DNA of 64,000 bases from the NCBI RefSeq assembly GCF_004010195.1, contig NC_057752.1, positions 10,790,865 through 10,854,864 of the forward strand, in the 5' to 3' direction. The notes under the pieces were generated by a model. The model ran no database searches. It was not told the DNA's origin and saw only the letters and a program-made list of their open reading frames with translations. The stretch comes from Chiloscyllium plagiosum (taxonomy: Eukaryota). Position 1 is the stretch's first letter. Each line of letters starts with the position of its first letter. Shown piece after piece: positions 51,432 through 62,994 of this stretch. The position numbers and the translations under genes are program-made.

Positions 51432-53510
51432 ATTTGATTTCATTTATTATTGTCACATGTACCTAGTTACAATGAAATGTTTTGTTTTGCATGCAACACA
51501 GACAGATCACACTACTCAAAGTGCATTAGGGTAATAGAACAGAGCGAAGAATATAAATGTTACAGCTGCTGAGAAGGTGCACAAAGAGCGAGATCAACAT
51601 TACATTTAAAATTTGAGGCGCCCATTCAGAAGTCTAGTAACAGCAGGGAAGCTGTTCTTGAACCTGTTGGTATGTGCATTTCAGCCTTTAGAGTCATAGA
51701 GATGTACAGCATGGAAACAGACCCTTCAGTCCAACTTGTCCATGCCGACCAGATAGCCTAAATTAATCTAGTCCCATTTGCCAGCATTTGGCCCATATCT
51801 GTCTAAACCCTTCCTATTCATAAACTCATTCAGATAACTTCTAAATGTTGTAACTGTATCAGCCTCCACCACTTCCTCTGGCAGCTCATTCCATACATGT
51901 ACCACCCCCTGGATGAAAACGTTACTCCTTAGGTCCATTTTATATCTTTCCCCTCTCACCTTAAACCTATGCCCTCTACTTCTGGACTCCCTGACCCCAG
52001 GGAAAATACCTTGCCTATTTATCCTATCCATGCCCCTCTTGATTTTATAAACCTCCATAAGGTTACCCCTCAGCTTCCGACGCTCCAGGGAAAACAGCCC
52101 CAGCCTATTTAGCCTCTCCCTATAGCTCAAATCCGCCAACCCTGACAAAACCCCTGTAAATCTTTTCTGAACCTTTTCAAGTTTCACAACATCCTTCCAA
52201 TAGCAGGTATCTTCTGCCCGATGGAAGAGATTGGAAGGGATTAGAACTGGGGTGGGAGGGGTCTTTGATGATGTTGGCTGCCTTCTTGAGGGAGCTAGTG
52301 TAGATGGAGTCAATGGATGGAAGGTGGGTTTGTGTGATGGATTGGGCTATGTTCACAACGCTGTAGTTTCTTACAGTCCTGGGCAGAGTAGTTGCCATAC
52401 CAAGCAGTGATGCTTTCAGATACAATGCTTTCTATAGTGTATCTATAATTTAAAAAGAAAAAAAAAAATTCAAAAAAAATAAATCGCCTTTCTGGACATG
52501 TCAAATTTCCTTAACCCCCTGAGGAAGTAGAGGCATTGCTGAGCTTTCTTGACCAGAGCATCAACGTGGGTAGACCAGGACAGATTATTAGTGACCACCA
52601 CTCCTCACCATCTACCCCTCAGCACTACAGATATGCCCTCCACCTTACTTCCTGAATGACCAGCTCTTTAGTTTTGCTCGCATTGAGGGACAGATTGTTA
52701 TCTTTGCACCACCCACCAAGCATACTCTCTCTTTCCAGTATTTTGACTCGTCATTGTTTGAGATCTGGCCTACAATGGTAGTGTTATCAGGAGACTCGTC
52801 GATAGAATTAGGACAGAATTTGGCCACACTGTCATGAGTGTACAGGGAATATAAACAGGGGCTGAGTCGCCTTGTGGGGCACTGGTGTTGAGGATTATCG
52901 TGGTGGCGTTGTTAGTGCCTCTTCTCACTGATTGCAGAATATGGATCAGGAAGTCAAGGACTCAGTTGCAGAGGGCGGAGCAGCAGTCTAGGCCTCAGTT
53001 TAGAGATTAGTTTGGTTGGAATTATTGACTACAACTCCGCCTTCAACAAGTAGGAGTTGAGGGTTGGTATCCTTGTTATCCAGATGTCCCAGGGAAAAGT
53101 ATCGGGCCAAAGAGATGGCATCTGCCATAGACCTGTTGCAAAGTGCAAGGGATCAAGACAAGCTGAGAGGCTCGATTTGATGCGAGCCATTACTAACTTC
53201 TCAAAGCACTTCATAATTATGGAGGTTAAAGTCACCAGGTGGCAGTCATTGAGGCATATTGCACATGTTTGCGGGATGATGATTGTCTTCTTGAAGCAGC
53301 TGGGGACTTCAGATCATAGTAAGGAGAGGTTAAAGATGTCAGCAAATACTCCCACCAGTTGGTGCAAGCAGAATCTGATTGCATGGCCAGGGACGCTGTC
53401 TGGGCCAGTTGCTTACCATGGGTTCACTCTCAAAAAGGCCGGTCTGAGGTCTGCAACGGTGACCAAGGGAACAGGTGCATCTGAGGCTATTGGGACAGGT
53501 AAAATTCATT
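51432..53510 (-). mobile_element. Rex/Babar-type LINE (RT to 3' end), interrupted by HER1
   Basis: LTSIIMKCFEKLV...LDPLHFA; DNTTIVGQISNNDESKY; YRYTIESI..ITAWYGN. Confidence 0.85.
51690..52207 (-). mobile_element. HER1 3' fragment inserted into Rex/Babar
   Basis: YWKDVVKLEKVQKRFT...YGPNAGKWD; tail TAGAGTCATAGAG. Confidence 0.92.
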
Positions 53511-54124
53511 AAGCGCATCAGAGAAGGATGCTCTTTTGTCCATTATTCTGTTCTGATTCATTTTGTAGCCTATTACATTATGTAATATTAATTAGATCTC
53601 AAAATATGAAACATCTGATAAATACAGTCAATTCTTTGAGAACACAATAGTTGCCTTCCTATGCAACCCCACATTAAAGAAAAATTGTGCTTTAAAAACA
53701 TTGGCGATGTAATCACATTAGAGCCAACACATGTTTTAAAAGTTTGCGCTTTAGAAACAGCATTCCCAATTCGTCAATCACATTACAGCAAATTGGCATT
53801 GACAAAACGCATGTTAGAACAGAACAACCTGGAGTTGAAAAAACTTTCATTCTTCAAATAACATCCATACACGGGCACAGCCTGCCTTCACAGGGAAAGC
53901 ATATGTCCAGTCAAATGAAGAGAGCATCTCCGTGGAGTCCATATCCCTGCCAAACTGTGTTAACTCAATGTCATAACATTTACACAGATCTTCCTTGAGG
54001 CTTCTCCCGCCTGTGTGACGCACTGTGACAATAAGTTCAGCGAAAAATTCTATTAAGAGCTTCTATCTCACAGAGGTGTTTGAGTTCATTCAGATCCAAT
54101 AACCTGTTCTGAAAACTCAAAAAC

Positions 54125-54460
54125 AGCACTTGCTGCCCATCTCTAATTGTCCTTGAAGTGAATGGCTTGTTCGCCCATTTTAGAAAGCAGTTAGGAGTGA
54201 ACCACATGGCTGTGTGTCTGGAGTCAACGCAAGCTCAGCAGACTTCCTTCTCGAAAGGATATTAGTGAAACAGGCGATTTTTGAAAAAAAATTCAATAAA
54301 CTCTGACGGTCACCATTAGCTAGATTAGCTTTCATGTTCAGATTTATTTGCTGAATTTTAGCTCCACCAAAGCAGTGCTAGAATTTGAACCAAAGTCCAC
54401 CAGATCATCAGCCTGGGCCTTTGGATTACTAGCCCAATGAGACTGGCAGAGTGGTAATGT
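54125..54460 (-). mobile_element. Older tRNA-derived SINE related to 2030-2365
   Basis: GCACTTGCTGCCCATCTCTAATTG tail; GGATTACTAGCCCA...GAATTTGAACC head on minus strand. Confidence 0.6.
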
Positions 54461-54575
54461 CTCCCCACAAACTCACTTACCCCAAAGGTGGCAGAAACAA
54501 ATCTGAATATTTTGAAGAATGAGGTGGACGGATTTTTGAAAAAGGGATGAAAGGTTATTGGGTGTAGACAGGAAT

Positions 54576-54915
54576 GCGGCATGGTGGCTAAGTGGTTAGC
54601 ACTGCTGCCTCACAGCGCCAGGGTCCCGAGTTCGATTCCAGCCTCCAGAGTCTATCTCTGTGGAGTTTGCACATTCTCCCAGCATCTGCATGGGTCTCCT
54701 CAGGGTGCTCCGGTTTCCTCCCACAGTCCAAAAGTGTGCAGATTAGGTGAATTAGCCGTGCTAAACTGTCCCATAATGTTCAGGGATGTGTAGGTTAGCT
54801 GCGTTAGTCAGGGGTAAATGTCAGGGAATGGGTCTGAGTGGATTACTCTTTGGGAGGTTTGATGTGGACATTTGAGCCGAATGGCCTGTTTCCAAACTGT
54901 AGAGATTCTACGATA
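54576..54915 (+). mobile_element. HE1-like V-SINE inserted in a CR1 3' fragment (54490-54990)
   Basis: GCGGCATGGTGGCTAAGTGGTTAGCACTGCTGCCTCACAG; V-domain. Confidence 0.9.
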
Positions 54916-55604
54916 ATCCTATCAGCTATGATCTTATTGCATGAAGTAGGTTCAAGTGATTGAGTGGCTTACTCCTGCTTTCAATTCATATATTTCTAAG
55001 AAACCCAACCTGCCTTTTCATTCTTACAGAGCAGGGACGTACCTAACAAAAGAAGATTACACAAAAGGGACTGCTTCACAGAAGTTGCACAGTTGTCAAG
55101 TCTGGTCTGGCATGGAATTGCCATACACTGCAGTTAAAGGTAGACAGTAATATTTTGTATAAGGGTGAGGGGTTCTTCATCTAGTAGCTTTCTATAGGCT
55201 AGCAATGGGAACCCAAGATAAAAACAGCTTTCATTTATATTACACTCCGATCACTATTCTTCAAAACATGCCAACATTGTTCAAAGACACTGAATTTTGT
55301 CAAAATGGAACAGCAATTTTGTGATCAGGAAGGTCCCACAAACAGTAATGAAGTGAACTAACGTATAATTTTCTTTGGGTTGCTTTTGGCTGAGGAAAGA
55401 ATGTTGACCAGGATCTCTAAACAACTCCCTAATCTCCAGTAAATGGCATCACATCAAATGCATGAGCTGTCTCGGGCAAAAGCCCTTCATCAGGAGGAGA
55501 ACTTCTTCAAGGTATGATTTGGAGATGCCGGTGTTGGACTGGGGTGTATAAAGTTAAAAATCACACAACACCAGGTTATAGTCCAACAGGTTTAATTGGA
55601 AGCA

Positions 55605-55639
55605 CACTAGCTTTCGGAGTGTCGCTCCTTCATCAGGTG
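55605..55639 (-). ncRNA. Minimal hammerhead motif (family B), intact
   Basis: CAC-CTGATGA-A-GGAG-CGACA-CTCC-GAA-AGCT-A-GTG. Confidence 0.8.
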
Positions 55640-55859
55640 ATAGTGGAGGGCTCAATCCTAACACACAGAATTTATAGCAAATATTTACAGTGTGATGTAA
55701 TTGAAATTATACATTGAAAAATTGAGTCTGTTAAGCCTTTCATCTGTTAGAATACAGTGATAGTTTTACTTCTTTCATGTGTAAATCACAAAACCTTCTT
55801 TTTAAAACGTTGCATTCTCGGGTTAGCTGTTAACATTACAGCTGACCACCATTGCACTA

Positions 55860-55876
55860 TATATACACACACTCCT

Positions 55877-55907
<31 letters not shown>

Positions 55908-56066
55908 GGCACTCCTATACACACAGACACACTCCCACACTCACACACGCACCCCCTCACAGACTTAAGACACTCTGCACTCACTACACACACTTTCTCA
56001 CACTCACAACCCCCAACCCAGACAGACAGACAGACACACACACAGACAAAAACCCACACGCACACA
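55860..56066 (+). repeat. Compound (CA)n/(CAGA)n low-complexity tract within the family B element
   Basis: Visible repeats. Confidence 0.9.
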
Positions 56067-56477
56067 TATTTTGTGGGGTGAATTTGTACTTGCAGGGTTA
56101 CATTGTACTTTGCTCAAAAACTGCATGCATTCATGTAGAATTCGGAGCTCAAAAACTACATGAATTTATGTACAACTCAGTCATCTCACTTTTTAAGATT
56201 AGAATCAATCTAAACATCATGGCATAGACAGAGAACACAGGGGGCTAACACCTTCAACATATCGTCTAGCTATCACCATTGTTAACAGCTAACCAGAGAA
56301 TGCAACTTCTTAAAAAAAAGATTTTGAGATTTACACATGAAAGAAGTGAAACTATCACTGTATTCTAACAGATGAAAGCCTTAACAGACAATCAATTTTT
56401 CAATGTATAATTTCAGTTACATCACACTGTAAATATTTGCTATAAATTCTGTGTGTTAGGATTGAGCCCTCCACTAC

Positions 56478-56512
56478 CACCTGATGAAGGAGCGACACTC
56501 CGAAAGCTAGTG
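56478..56512 (+). ncRNA. Minimal hammerhead motif (family B), intact
   Basis: CAC-CTGATGA-A-GGAG-CGACA-CTCC-GAA-AGCT-A-GTG; stem I CAC/GTG. Confidence 0.8.
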
Positions 56513-58195
56513 TGCTTCCAATTAAACCTGTTGGACTATAACCTGGTGTTGTGTGATTTTGAACTTTCTTCAAGGTAGGCATCCTTGCAAGGGCTTTTGC
56601 CCGAAACGTCGATTCTGCTGCCCCTTGGATGCTGCCTGACCTGCTGTGCTTTTCCAACACCACTCTAATCTAGACTCTGATCTCCAGCATCTGCAGTCCT
56701 CACTTTCACCTGCATGAACTGTCTGCCTGTTAACAGAAATGCAATAGACATTAAGGCATTATTTCAAGAGAAGGGAGACTCTCCTAGTGTCTTAGTCCAT
56801 CATCCCTCCTTGAACCAATGTCAGCAAATAGAAAAACCACAACTTATCTCAATACTGTTCGTGGGACCTTGTTCCCCATAAACCACATCACAACTTTAGT
56901 GACAATTGTTTCATCGGAAACTTTGAAGTGCAAGAAACCAGTTTCCTTTTGTGGGATTATAAATTGAAATGCAAGTGGGACTGCTAGAAAGCTAAAATAC
57001 TGGGACAGTTTTGCTACTTGAAAATAATGCACTACATATTTTTCAGCTGTGCAATACAATGTCCCTTTTTGAAATAGAGGGAGGGAGAATTCAAGACAGA
57101 GCAGCAACAGGAGTCTTTTGAATTGAGGAAATTCTGCCTAATGACAGCTCTCTGATTGCTGGAGTTGCAGAGTGTTAAAAGCTCTAAATGCCAGGACAGT
57201 ACAGAGAAACAGAGCCTGCAAACTAAAATCAGACATCTCTCTATGCCCCTGTGTGGGGAGAAAAAAGGCTAAAAAAATTCTAAGACCTAGGTTCAAGTGA
57301 TCAACAATTGAATAAAAAAAAACACTCTTACATTCATCATCAGTGCTAAAAAGCAAAAATAAAAAAAATCAACTTAATCCACTTTCTGGACTTGTGATCT
57401 TCAGAATTCTGTTCACCGGATATTCTTTTGCCACATATCATGTCTGTCAAACAGCCTGGCTTTTGTCTCTCTTAATTGTGAACAAGTGTGTAAGGGCTTT
57501 TTGAAGGGTATAGTTTAAAAATTCTTTCTTTACTCTGACTTATGTTAAAGTTATTTGTTATCAGATAAAGTTATTTTTGTTAATGATTGTGAATTACTTT
57601 TGTCCTGAATAGCAGTCAAGCAGGCAAATTGCTCATCTTAGTGATTTGATCGGGCGTTCATACATTTGAGATGGCTTGAGGAGCAACGGGGCACAATTAT
57701 CAGCACACTCTTCTCAGTTAAGTCATCACGAAAGTACTTTATGAGACCGCCTAAAATCATGAAAGGAGACTTTTTTAAAGAAATGTCATGCATTTTAAAA
57801 AAAAAACTTATGCTTGGTATGAACTGAGGAACATTATTTACTTCATCTTCTTCTCAACTTCCCATCCTCGCTGGTGCCCATTCCCCATGAACCTTTGGTC
57901 TCAAGTTATCAGTTAAAGTAAAATCTTCTGTTTACAGAGTAAAATTTCTCCCAGTGCTGAATCTTTGGGCACAATAGGTAAAGTTTACCTATTCAAACTT
58001 ATAACTGCCTTTTTATTATCTGTTTCCATAACGGCTTTCTCCTTAATGTGTCTGAATCGACTGAAGTCGAGTTTCTACCATAAATAAATTACAGTTTAGA
58101 ATGTAAATCCAGTTATTTGACTTGACTTGAATGCATTTCTTATCCGTTGGTTTTTCCACTGAAAATACTGATTTCGGTTTGCTAGCACTAAAGTC

Positions 58196-58224
58196 AAGCA
58201 AACAAACAAACAAACAAACAAACA
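58196..58224 (+). repeat. (AAAC)n microsatellite
   Basis: About 6 units. Confidence 0.9.
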
Positions 58225-59644
58225 ATCTGGTTGTAAACTATTTCTGGTGTTCAAGCAGTGGGAAAATAGTATGGAAGGTGACCACGGAGAGTTCAGAATC
58301 ATCCTGGGAAACTCAACAAATTAAAGATTCATATTCAGATAAACATTCACAATTGGCACCTTACTGTAGGTTGATTGCATGCTGGAATGAATGAAAAGTA
58401 CTGGTGATGTTGCAATGAATTTGGCACAAATGACTGCTGACTTCTATGTCCACATACTCTCTGACTTGTATGAATGGGACATGCATGGAAGAATCCTTAA
58501 TATTGTTTGTTACTATCGATTGTTAAAGGACCATCAACGGACACCAGTTTTCAGGGACTCACGATCAAACCCTCACTTAATAGCTTGCTTTAAATTAAAA
58601 GTCAAACGGAAGAAATTAATTTTAGAGTTCCAGCTACTTGGCTGCCACTAACACAGGCAATATACATGCTGATGTCGCACATGCAAATTGGGTAATTTGT
58701 CAGGCTTCATTTGTAACAAATAACAATAATAAAGTTCACAAACGGTGTGAGAGCAATAAAAAAAGGAACTAATGGGATTTGGGGAAAGAGAACACTAAAA
58801 GGTTCCTGCTTGCTAGCTGAACTGGCTTCGGGGTCAGTGACTCTCCTTCAGACTGGAATATTGAAGAATCTAATATTCTTTCAATCTTGGAAGAACAAGA
58901 GTGGATCTATTTGAAACACAGAATTTGAAATGACAAGATAGACATCAAGAGACTGAGAATTGAGAGTATGGGGCAACAGTTGCAGAATTAGGAATCAACT
59001 ATTTAGGACTGAATTAATGAGGAATATTTTCACTCAAGACGTTATGAATCCTTGAAATTCTTTTCCCGAGAGAGTTGCATATGCTCAATTGAGAGTATAT
59101 CCAGCACTTAAAATGAAAAGAATTTTACTCTAATTTTTTCCCCTGAGTATCTATGAAATTTCATTGGAATCCTTGAATTCTCCATCTTAAATGGATATTT
59201 CCAAAGGGTTCCAAGCGAAAGGCAATCGCCCAGTCGAATATTCAAATTCCCAAGCAATTGCTTCAAAATCTGTTACAAATGGGGATTACCCATGCACAAC
59301 TCCCATCTATGTCAGAATGATGATAGTCTGTCCATCGGAAAATCAAAGCCATTTTGTCCAAATGATCCGTGCAACCATTCTGGTCATCCACAAAGCCCAC
59401 CTAACACAGCTAAAAAGACATGACAAGTTAAATACAATCAAAATTAAACTATTTGGTTTGAGATAAACAAAAACTGACTCATACAGTCAACCACTATGTA
59501 TAGAAATCCCTTCCAAGAATTTTTCTTCAATCATGGGCTGAGTCCCAAGTTCACCCCCCATTCCCTGAAATGATACTTGTCCTGTACCTGCTTGAATGAA
59601 GTTGCACCAAGTAACTCACTACAATTGCTTGAGTGTACCAGTGC

Positions 59645-59960
59645 ATAGAACATAGAACAGTACAGCACAGAACAGGCCCTTCAGCCCATGATGTTGTGCC
59701 GACCACTGATCCTCATGTACGCACCCTCAACTTTCTGTGACCATATGCATGTCCAGTAGTGTCTTAAATGTCCCCAATGACCTTGCTTCCACAACTGCTG
59801 CTGGCAACACATTCCAATCTCTCACAACTCTCTGTGTAAAGAACCCGCCTCTGACATCCCCTCTATACTTTCCTCCAACCAGCTTAAAACTATGACCCCT
59901 CGTGTTAGTCATTTCTGCCCTGGGAAATAGTCTCTGGCTATCGACTCTATCTATGCCTCT
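59645..59960 (-). mobile_element. CR1 3' fragment with (GTTCTAT)n tail
   Basis: TRGHSFKLVGGKYRGDVRGGFFTQRVVRDWNVLP; CATAGAACATAGAACAG. Confidence 0.85.
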
Positions 59961-60269
59961 CTATTAAGCAGTCTAATACTTCCAAATTGCAGCTTAGAGA
60001 TGGTCCACGATACTAATTTTATCAGTTTTACATCACACAGCCAAAACGTTGGAATGGGAAAACAACATTTTCCTGAGTTGCAGCTTTCATGTTAGAAAAA
60101 AAAAACTCCGTTCTTGGACAGATCAGTCCTCACACGTCTACTTCCATTATCCTTTGGGCTCTCTGACAGTCTAGCTCCTTGCTGTACTTCATTTGCTGGC
60201 CCTTGCCCACCAGGTCCGCTTTTTCTTGCATTACAAAGTTTCTGGGGCCCTTGCTGTCTCTGACAGCCC

Positions 60270-61060
60270 AGCTTCCTGGATCCCACTTATGCGTGTCTCT
60301 TTGTGCGCTATGTGGAACATTCCTAGCTTCAGTTCCATTCGAGACCCCTCCCACAATTGTTTCTCTGATATTTTAATGACTATCAGTGCCACTTCCTGCT
60401 TTCATGCAAAAATCAGAAAAATTCATTAATTTTACTTCCAATTTCAAGATTACAGGTGTAACACTTGCCCCTTTACCTCCTCCCACATCCAGGGCTCCAA
60501 ATACAGATAAAGCAGAAAGTTACCTGCCATCTTTCAATTTAGTCTGCTATATTTTCTGCTCACAATACAGTCTCCCTTAGATTGGCGAGACCTACTGCAG
60601 ATTGGGTGAACACTTCTAGTTGCTTTCCATTTTAATGTCTCAATATTTCAATACCATCTTGCTCCCATGCTAACCCGTGCATCCTCGGCCTGCTGCAGTA
60701 TGCTAGTAAAGACCAATGGAAACTGGAAGACACAGCTGGAGTGGAGAGAGCGTGAGAGCGAGAGAGAGCGCACGAGAGCGAGAGACATTTTCTGTAATAA
60801 CACCCACATCAATATCTATTCTTCATGTATATCTCCTCCCTACGACCTTACAGTACTCTTTTTCCTCTGGTTCACCATAATCTGTTCCAAATTCTTCTAA
60901 CGCCTACCTTATTTCAACAGCATATACCCCATCACTTTTTCAGCCCTTTTCAACACAAAGGAAGAGTCGTAACAGACTTGAAACATTAATTCTGTTTCCC
61001 TCCCCATAGATGCTGCCCGACCTGCTGGGTTTCTGCAGCATTTCCTGTTTTCCTTTCAGA
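60270..61060 (+). mobile_element. Decayed Penelope-like element with eroded pLTR (family D)
   Basis: TATGCGTGTCTCTTTGTGCGCTATGTGGAAC (YACLFVRYVEH); NLVCYIFCSQ...*IGET; end GAAGAGTC..GACTTGAAACATTAA...AGATGCTGCCCGACCTGCTG. Confidence 0.65.
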
Positions 61061-61504
61061 CAATGGGAAAGGACAAGAATCAAATGGTAGATTAAAACTT
61101 GCTAACTATGTTGAGGTGTTTCCATTCATAGAAGTGCATTGTTACAGTGACATCGCTGCTTTTCAATATCTCAGCAGCATTATTACTGTTATTGATACAT
61201 GGTCATTTTTAAGTGGCTTCCCCAGGTAAAACAGATTTCCTTGCAGATACTAGTAATCCCTAAGGTCACTGGCAAGGTTGCAAAAACCTCTCCAAATAGC
61301 AGAACGTGGATCACACAAATGCAGCAATACATTATGCAGTTAATTTATTAATGCACTCAAAGACATAAATCACAAGACTGGATGGCTTGGTTTGAATGTT
61401 TGATGTTCACAAATAAACAACATATCCAACCACAAATCTGGAGAAAATGCTCTGCAGGTCCTAATACCTTTTTTAAAGGACCAAAAGAGTCAACCAAACG
61501 AAAC

Positions 61505-62218
61505 AAGTCCCAGCCTGTCCTTATAACTCAAATCCTCCAGTCCTGGAAATGTCCTTGTAAATCTTTTCTGCACCCTCTCCAATTTAATAATATCCTTCCA
61601 ATAACAGAGCAATCAGAACTGGACACTACTCCAGAAGAGCTCTCACCAACATCCTGTACAACTTTAACATGACATCCCAACTCCTGTATTCGATAGTCTA
61701 AGCAATGAAGGCAAGTGTGCAAAATATGCCTTCTTAACTACCCAGTCTACCGGTGATGCAACTTTCAAACGACTATATACCCAAACCCCCAAGGGGTCTC
61801 TATTCGACAACACTGCCCAGGGCCCTACAACAACTGTACAAGTCCTGCCCTTGTTTGATTCACCAAAATGCAATACTTTGCATTTATTCAAATTAAGCTC
61901 CATCTGCCCCTCTTTGACCCACTGGGCCAACTGATCAAGATCCCTCTGTAAGCTTAGAGGGTCTTCTTCACTGTTGACTATCCCACCCATTTTAGTGTTA
62001 TCTGCAAATTTACTTAACCATGCCTCCTAAATTCTCATCCAAACCATTTATATAAATGACAAACAACAATGGACCGATCTTTATGAAACACAGCTGGTCT
62101 CCATTCTGAACAACAACCCTCTCCCACCACCCTCTGTCTCCTACCGTCAAGCCAATTTTATATCCATTTGGCAAGCTGCCTTAATCCCATGAGATCTAAC
62201 TTTACTAATCAGTCGACC
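61505..62218 (-). mobile_element. HER1-like CR1 RT fragment
   Basis: LQRDLDQLAQW..QMELNLNKCKVLHFG. Confidence 0.85.
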
Positions 62219-62599
62219 AAAAGGCTTGACATATATGAAAAGCATTTAAACATAGAATAAAAGAAACAGCATCTTTGATTTTTACAAAAACAGAACTTCT
62301 TCAAATTCTGAACAAGCATAATAGAACAAATTTCATCATTAGAACCTTATTTCCTCTTCCTCTCCCTGCCACCAAGATTACCACTTGTAAAAAACTGTAA
62401 GCCAGTGACATCTAATGGCAAGTCTGCATAGTTGTTAACTAAGAAAGCCCCAGTCCCTGCCAATTAGTACCCAAGCACTCACTTGTGAGATTGGCCACTT
62501 GCACCAAGTACCAGAACGTAGTTGCACTCTTGGGATGAAAGCCCAGCAAAATGCATTACATTTAGGGATGGAGGGAGGAAGCAAAACGATGGCCAAGAT

Positions 62600-62945
62600 A
62601 TCAGGACCACTGTCACCAGCCTCTCCCACCTGGCTGTACTTAATCCCACACTTAACAATTTCTCCTTGATCTGCATTCACGTTTACCAAATCAAATGCGT
62701 TGCTATGGATACTACAAGAGTCCAGACCATGCCAGTCTTTTTACAACAGACATGGACCATTCATATTCTAGCCCTACTCAGGACTCCTTCTTTCTTTGGT
62801 ACACTGATGACTGTATCTGTGCTGGCCCCACTTTCACCCTGAACTGGAAAAAGTCACTGTCTGGGTTTCCAATGTCCAGCGCTCCCTCACCTTCACATAG
62901 TCCACTTCCGACTCTTCACTTTTTTTTACTCAATATCAGAAACTG
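62600..62945 (+). mobile_element. Decayed Penelope RT fragment
   Basis: LSHLAVLNPTLNNFS...YQIKCVAMDT; FFLWYTDDCI (YIDD motif). Confidence 0.65.
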
Positions 62946-62994
62946 AACAGGACTAGCTATATAAATACACAGTGACTTCATGAGCAGGTCAGAG

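Larger units (their letters stand above)
55515..56565. mobile_element. Inner Penelope-type element (family B): ~285-bp inverted arms around a CA-rich spacer
   Basis: TSD TTCTTCAAGGTA at 55503-55514 and 56566-56577; arms 55551-55835 and 56280-56566. Confidence 0.9.
55473..56710. mobile_element. Outer Penelope family-A insertion (inverted partial pLTR 55473-55514 and pLTR 56578-56710)
   Basis: TSD TGCATGA(G/A)CTGTCT at 55459-55472 and 56711-56724. Confidence 0.85.

Noticed and set aside
55757..56227. His/Thr-rich 156-aa ORF and its Cys/Val-rich antisense
   Set aside because: Translation of a (CA)n tract.
14533..56565. Hairpin elements as DNA-transposon MITEs or miRNA genes
   Set aside because: Asymmetric arms, variable 10-17 bp TSDs and identity to a Penelope pLTR indicate retroelement origin.
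62804..62812. CTGATGA as a hammerhead
   Set aside because: It is the coding sequence of the YTDD (YIDD-like) RT motif.
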